NCBI GenBank assembly: GCA_044869275.1
Contig: JBIOXB010000238.1
Coordinates: 1 to 11,901, forward strand
Reading direction: 5' to 3'
DNA from: a bacterium
GTDB lineage: Bacteria > Zhuqueibacterota > Zhuqueibacteria > Zhuqueibacterales > Zhuqueibacteraceae
Length of the DNA stretch: 11,901 bases
Each line of letters opens with the position of its first letter. Position 1 is the stretch's first letter. This document shows positions 7,313 to 11,901 of this stretch, piece after piece. The notes below the pieces were generated by a model that saw nothing but the letters and a program-made list of their open reading frames with translations, was not told where the DNA came from and did no database searches. Both the position numbers and the translations under genes were made by a program.

Positions 7313-8730
7313 CCCTCATGCACTTCCCGCGCCACGCGATGCCCCGACTCCACGGCGCCATTCATGTAGCCTTGCCAGCTCGCGGTGTGCTCGCCCGCAA
7401 AATGAATACGTCCTTCGGGCTTCGCAATCGTCGGGCGCACGGCCGTAATTTCGCCGGGGCGATAATAGGCATAGGTGCCGCCGGCCCAGGGGTCTTCCTG
7501 CCACCATTTTACATAACCGCCTTCAAAATACTTCGGCGCATCCGCATGAATTTCGCTCACTTTCATCAAGATTTTTTCCAACCGCAACTCGGCCGGAGTG
7601 CTGGCCATTTCCATTCCGCTTTTGTCGGGAATATATGCCAGCAACAATCCACGTGATCCGGCTTGCCCGCCGCTGGCTTCATAAACCGAGCCCAGAGAGT
7701 TTTGCAAACTTTTGCGCGGCTCGCCGGCAGATTTGAGCCAGAAGCGTTCACGAAATTGCAGAGGCGCTTTCAGGATCTGTCCGTACGCCAGCGTGTTGAT
7801 GGCCTTCATCTTTTCCGCGGAAAGCGCGGGCGCCATCTCGATTTTGCGCACGCAAGTAAAAGGCGCAGCGATCACCAAGCGCTCACCGTGAATCATTTCT
7901 TGTTTCCCGTTCTCCAGGAAAGTCACTTGCACGCCGCTGGCCTCGTGCGCGATTTTCACCACTGGACGGGAATAATAAATGCGCTCGCGCAACTGCCCGG
8001 CCAATGCTTTCGGCACTTGATCGTTGCCGCCGGCAACACGGAAACTGCCCCGGCTTTCCGGGAGAGCGTACTCGTTCAGTATATGCAAAGCCGAGATGCT
8101 TTCAATGTTAATCGCCATCAGCGCGGAAACCGAGCGCTGCATCTGCTCCACCATCTCCGGCGGCGCGTTCATTTGTTTGAGAAATTCATAAAAAGAAAGC
8201 TGGTCCAATTCCGGCAGGGAGGGATTTTGCAGCGCGAAGGAATCGACTTTCTTCACCGTCTCTTGCAGCTTGTCATGTGTTTGGCGGGCGCGTGGAGAAA
8301 ATTGCAGGCCTTCGTCCTCCGTATCTACAAAGCTGCCGCGGTAGAGCGGCAGGCCGAACTCATCAATGTAGCGCAACAAATAGTCGTGCACGCTTTCCAC
8401 CCATTCCCCGCCGCATTCGGCGTAAAGATTATCGGCAAACGGCTCGCGCACCGTGAGCACCCGCCCGCCGGCGCGATGGCGCGCTTCGAGGATTGTGACC
8501 TCGTGCCCGGCTTTGGTCAATTCATATCCCGCGGTGAGACCCGCGAGGCCCGCGCCGATGATGATCACTTTTTTCGGGCGAGCGGTTTTCTGGCGGGAGA
8601 AGAATGTGGCGGTGCCGGTTTGGGCGAAACTCAAAGTGGGGCGCAGGGGAAGGGCCGCAAGGGCAAGAGCAAGAGTTTTGAGAAAATCGCGGCGGGAGCA
8701 GAAAACAACCTCAGGCATTTTGGACGGCAT
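7306..8730 (-). CDS. Flavin monoamine oxidase / L-amino-acid-oxidase family protein with a Tat signal peptide
   Basis: SRRDFLK twin-arginine motif, hydrophobic stretch and SFA-Q cleavage site. FAD motifs IIGAGLAGL and LEAR.R.GGRV.T, plus C-terminal FAGEHT...GYM.GAVESG. RBS AAGGA. Confidence 0.9.
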   Translation of the reverse strand: MPSKMPEVVFCSRRDFLKTLALALAALPLRPTLSFAQTGTATFFSRQKTARPKKVIIIGAGLAGLTAGYELTKAGHEVTILEARHRAGGRVLTVREPFADNLYAECGGEWVESVHDYLLRYIDEFGLPLYRGSFVDTEDEGLQFSPRARQTHDKLQETVKKVDSFALQNPSLPELDQLSFYEFLKQMNAPPEMVEQMQRSVSALMAINIESISALHILNEYALPESRGSFRVAGGNDQVPKALAGQLRERIYYSRPVVKIAHEASGVQVTFLENGKQEMIHGERLVIAAPFTCVRKIEMAPALSAEKMKAINTLAYGQILKAPLQFRERFWLKSAGEPRKSLQNSLGSVYEASGGQAGSRGLLLAYIPDKSGMEMASTPAELRLEKILMKVSEIHADAPKYFEGGYVKWWQEDPWAGGTYAYYRPGEITAVRPTIAKPEGRIHFAGEHTASWQGYMNGAVESGHRVAREVHEGD

Positions 8731-8866
8731 GGCACAGTCCTTAATTTTACCTCGCCAGATCGAGACGAAGCGCGACCAAGCAGAACAGTAGCGCTCTTCT
8801 TACCAAGCGCTTGCAAATTGTTTTTTTTGAGTAGTTTTCCAACTGATACCAAGAAAACATCTGACT

Positions 8867-8961
8867 ATGAATCCGGCTGAACATATTACCTACTGGCTTA
8901 AGAGTGCCGAGCATGATCTCCATTCAAAGGACTCTATCGATGGCTATTGCAGCAAATGTAA
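8867..8961 (+). pseudogene. HEPN-domain gene remnant with a large internal deletion
   Basis: N-terminal MNPAEHITYWLKSAEHDL (8867-8920) resembles the first helix of HEPN proteins. A different frame immediately gives FKGLYRWLLQQM* (8923-8961), resembling their terminal helix and overlapping the start of the downstream nucleotidyltransferase. Confidence 0.7.
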
Positions 8962-9251
8962 ACGAAAAAGTTCAACGCTTCATTCAATTGGCAGGCCGGG
9001 ATCTGGACTTGCACGCTGTCTACCTTTTCGGCTCCAGCGCAAAAGGCACAACTCACGCCTGGAGTGATATTGATCTGGCGATTGTTTCCCCCGATTTCTG
9101 CGGTGACAGCTTCGAAGACGCCAAAAGGCTCATCCCTCACATTCTACAAGTCGACTCTGGCATCGAAATTCATACTTTTCGTCCAGAAGACTTCTCCTGA
9201 GACAATCCTTTCGTTGAAGAGATCTTGGGCACGGGAATTCGAGTTTATTAA
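8940..9251 (+). pseudogene. Minimal nucleotidyltransferase (MNT antitoxin type) interrupted by an in-frame TGA
   Basis: ATG 8940 with AAGGA RBS and motif VYLFGS.AKG.....SDIDLAIVS..F. TGA at 9198-9200 is followed in frame by DNPFVEEILGTGIRVY-TAA (9249-9251), the typical MNT C-terminus. Confidence 0.8.
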
Positions 9252-9264
9252 CAGCGCGGTGTTG

Positions 9265-9290
9265 GTGTTTTTTTATCGATCAAAAAACAC
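9265..9290. other. 26-bp near-perfect palindrome between convergent pseudogenes
   Basis: gtgttttttt-atcgat-caaaaaacac, one mismatched pair. Confidence 0.6.
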
Positions 9291-9555
9291 AGCGGCATTT
9301 CCTCAGCACGCACAGCAAGTTTTCTTACGTCAAAAGATTCTGGTCTCCACCGCGCTCCAGAAACGGGTGCACATCGTTCGCGACACCCGGCCATTCGACA
9401 TTCTCGAGTCGTTTGCGTATTTCCATGCGCCAGTTATTTTGGGTCAAAGATTTGTCCTTCCAGCCGATCTGCTGCAAAGCATTGTTGAGCAGGTCCAGGT
9501 TGGGCGCAGGCCAACCGGAATCGCTGAGATACCACAGCAAATCGTAAAGTCCGCG
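9280..9555 (-). pseudogene. C-terminal fragment of an AbiEii/AbiGii-family nucleotidyltransferase (type IV TA toxin)
   Basis: The frame reads *RGLYDLLWYLSDSGWPAPNLDLLNNALQQ...VANDVHPFLE...LLT*ENLLCVL. RxLYDLxWYL matches the AbiEii (K)xRDxYD motif. There is no N-terminal part, and a probably premature TAA lies at 9325-9327. Confidence 0.6.
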
Positions 9556-9577
9556 TCAAAACCTGTACGGGAACAAA

Positions 9578-11827
9578 TCATTGCAGCCCAATCGCCATGG
9601 TCAGCGCAAAGCTGCGCATGGCTTCCATGTTGCGCTCGATTTGCGTGTAGCTGAAGCGCAAGAGATTGTAGGCGTTCAGAGTCAGTTCTGCCGGTCCATA
9701 CGTCGCGCCCACACGGATATTCGTCACTTTTTGCGAAACGCGCGAATCGTCGGGATAAACTTGCACGCGTTCGATGCGGCTGACATAGCGCGAGTCAAAT
9801 CCCATGGAATAATGGCCCAGGACCAAAGAAACGTTGCCGGTGAGCAGGTGTTCGGCACGATACGCCAGAGGCTGGTCCACTGCCGTCACGCTGCCATCGG
9901 CATTATACTGCTCCAGCTCGCGCGGGTCGAGATAGGTGTAACCCAGGCCGAAATGCAGTCGTTTTTTCCAAAAGCCGCCGTTGAGCTCGATCTCGGCGCC
10001 GCGAATGCGCGCGCGGCTGAGATTTTGGAATTGAATCACCGACTTGCTTTGTTTGATCACAAACGTGCCTTCGATGAAATCATCATAATCGCTCCAGAAG
10101 AGCGCGGTATTCAGCAAGAAGGGATTCAGGATAAACTGGCCGCCGACTTCGTATGACCACGCCACCTCCGAACTCAAATCTTGATTGGGAATGACGGTAA
10201 AGCCGCCGGCGCGCGTGCACGTGAACATTTCCGCCATCGAGGGCGCGCGGAAGCCGCGGCCGGCGGAAGCGCGAAGCGAAGCCTGTGTGGACAGTTGATA
10301 AACCAATCCCAGGCGCGGGTTGAGATGGTATTCCTTCACACCGGTATCCACCCAGCGATGATCGAAGCGCAAGCTGCCGGTGGCCGTGAACACCGGGATC
10401 GGGCGCCATTCGTGTTGCACGTAGCCGCCAAAATCACGGCCCTCGTGATCGCCGTACAAAGTTGCATCGATAAAATCAAAAGTGCCGGCCAGGCCGAACG
10501 TAGAAGCGTGCTGCGTATTCCATTCGAAATCGACCTGCGCTTCGAAATCATCTTTGTTCGCCTGCACCGAGATGGTATCGTTGTTGGTGCCGCAAAACGG
10601 ATTTTCTTCCGGATCGGCCAACTCGTTGTCGAAGCCGTTGCCAAAATAAGAATTGCGCAGCTTGAGCGTGGCGCGCTTGCCCAACACCGCGCGCAGCGTG
10701 GCGCCGGCTTGCACTCTGTAGGAGAAGGTCACGTCGCTGGTGTTTTCGGGAGCGACCTCATATGGATCCTTGGCGCTTTTCCATTGAATCACTTCACCGT
10801 GGCGGTCACGCGCGTAATTGGCGTATACCGTGGCGTAAGTCGCGGGGGAAAAATTGTATTTCGCCTTGGTGAAAGCGCTGAAGCGGTGATAATGCCGGTT
10901 CTCGCCGAAGCCGGTGGATTCGCGCCGGCCGACGGAGGCGCGAATTTTGAGATTGCCGATCGCGCGGGAGTGAGTCAAATCCTGATTGTTGTAACTCAGC
11001 GTGCGCCCGGTCCACTCGTATTCGGGAAAATAAGGGTCGCCGTACAGGCCGAAGGTACCGCGAATGGCCGTCAGCGGCTTGTCGCTCGGATCCTTGGTAA
11101 TGACGTTGACCACGCCGCCCAGCGCATTGCTGCCGTAGAGTGAGGAGGAGGCACCTTTGACGATTTCTACACGCTCGATTTCATTTGGCGGCAAGGCATC
11201 CCATTTGATGTCGCCGCTGTCGCCGGGCAGCATGGGTACGCCATCCACCAAAAACTGCACACGCGAGCCCGCGCCGCGGCTGTAGCCCGAGGAGCCACGG
11301 ATGTTGATCTGCCCGCCCATGATATTCACGCCCGGCGTGAATTCCAGCATGTCATCCAGCTCCACAAAATTCTGCTGTTCGATCTGCCGCGCGTTCACCA
11401 CGCTCACGCTCGCCGGCGTTTCCATGAACGATTGCGGCCGCTTGCTGGCGGTGACGATCACCTCCGGCACTTCCACGCTGGTTTGTCCCAATGCAAAATT
11501 CAATTCCGTGTTTTGATTGGCGTTGACCGCCACGCCGGTTTTGACTCCCGCCAGATAGCCAATGATCGAGGCACGCACGCGGTAGGTTCCCGGCGGCACG
11601 TTGCTGACGGTGAAGCGGCCTTCGAGATTCGTGGCCGCACCCAACGTGGTGCCGTCAATGATAACGTTCACGCCCGGCAAGCTTTCGCCCGAATCTTTGT
11701 CGCGCACGACACCGGAAATCGTGCCGCGGCTGGTGGGCGCGGTTTGGCTCAAGGCGGGCGGTGCTGTGACAACGAGTGCGGACAGTACGAAAGCAAGCAG
11801 GCTGCGCGTCAAGGATTTATGCTTCAT
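9578..11827 (-). CDS. TonB-dependent outer-membrane receptor with an N-terminal carboxypeptidase-regulatory-like domain
   Basis: Start MKHKS (ATG 11827, GGAGG RBS, 749 aa) with a Sec signal peptide. N-terminal domain GTISGVVRD..SGE.LPGVNV, then EVIVTAS and plug motif IERVEIVKG.SS.LYGSNALGGVVNVITK. Barrel motifs NPRLGLVY and GRGFRAPS..E. Confidence 0.93.
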   Translation of the reverse strand: MKHKSLTRSLLAFVLSALVVTAPPALSQTAPTSRGTISGVVRDKDSGESLPGVNVIIDGTTLGAATNLEGRFTVSNVPPGTYRVRASIIGYLAGVKTGVAVNANQNTELNFALGQTSVEVPEVIVTASKRPQSFMETPASVSVVNARQIEQQNFVELDDMLEFTPGVNIMGGQINIRGSSGYSRGAGSRVQFLVDGVPMLPGDSGDIKWDALPPNEIERVEIVKGASSSLYGSNALGGVVNVITKDPSDKPLTAIRGTFGLYGDPYFPEYEWTGRTLSYNNQDLTHSRAIGNLKIRASVGRRESTGFGENRHYHRFSAFTKAKYNFSPATYATVYANYARDRHGEVIQWKSAKDPYEVAPENTSDVTFSYRVQAGATLRAVLGKRATLKLRNSYFGNGFDNELADPEENPFCGTNNDTISVQANKDDFEAQVDFEWNTQHASTFGLAGTFDFIDATLYGDHEGRDFGGYVQHEWRPIPVFTATGSLRFDHRWVDTGVKEYHLNPRLGLVYQLSTQASLRASAGRGFRAPSMAEMFTCTRAGGFTVIPNQDLSSEVAWSYEVGGQFILNPFLLNTALFWSDYDDFIEGTFVIKQSKSVIQFQNLSRARIRGAEIELNGGFWKKRLHFGLGYTYLDPRELEQYNADGSVTAVDQPLAYRAEHLLTGNVSLVLGHYSMGFDSRYVSRIERVQVYPDDSRVSQKVTNIRVGATYGPAELTLNAYNLLRFSYTQIERNMEAMRSFALTMAIGLQ

Positions 11828-11901
11828 GAAATCTCGCCTCCGCAGGAAATAATGAGATTTTTTTAAGGTCGTTTGTTTTGTCATGCCCATCGCAGCAGGA
11901 A

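Noticed and set aside
7167..7656. Plus-strand ORFs 7167-7448 and 7237-7656
   Set aside because: Low-complexity translations of the heptamer array plus antisense overlap with the amine oxidase.
7663..8880. 405-aa plus-strand ORF, and similar ones at 403-870, 1782-2516, 2921-3538, 4229-5038, 9581-10156 and 10181-11143
   Set aside because: Antisense shadows of well-supported minus-strand genes in GC-rich DNA, with no recognisable motifs.
9198..9200. TGA as selenocysteine or an alternative genetic code
   Set aside because: The position is non-catalytic, TGA is the normal stop for the other genes here, and the neighbouring genes are also decayed. A nonsense mutation or sequencing error is simpler.
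9064..9654. 196-aa plus-strand ORF
   Set aside because: It spans the MNT relic out of frame, and the AbiEii relic and TonB receptor end in antisense. No motif or RBS.
11828..11890. N-terminal extension of the TonB receptor containing RRRDF (Tat-like)
   Set aside because: The RRR codons coincide with the GGAGG RBS of ATG 11827, which is followed by a normal Sec signal peptide. Outer-membrane barrels use Sec.

Overview
This is a GC-rich bacterial window with nearly all real genes on the minus strand. The left two-thirds is an aerobic carbon-monoxide dehydrogenase cluster transcribed right to left: coxM (5784-6653), coxS (5153-5626), coxL (2591-4933), an XdhC/CoxF-type maturation factor fused to a C-terminal YHS/TRASH metal-binding domain, coxG (SRPBCC) and a coxD-like MoxR AAA+ ATPase. 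CoxL carries the form I active-site motif AYRCSFR. A decayed second coxG-like remnant and a sigma70-like promoter lie upstream of coxM. To the right are a Tat-exported flavin amine oxidase, about 700 bp of toxin-antitoxin relics (an internally deleted HEPN gene, a nonsense-interrupted minimal nucleotidyltransferase and an AbiEii-like C-terminal fragment), and a TonB-dependent receptor with an N-terminal carboxypeptidase-regulatory-like domain. The receptor implies a diderm host, possibly FCB/KSB1/Calditrichota-like (inference). The most unusual structure is non-coding. Most spacers hold a short-period (7- or 8-nt) tandem repeat from one of several unrelated families, some arranged as long inverted hairpins. 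In five cases the TGA stop of the adjacent gene sits in register with the repeat unit. Family assignments come from motif recognition by eye; no database searches were run.
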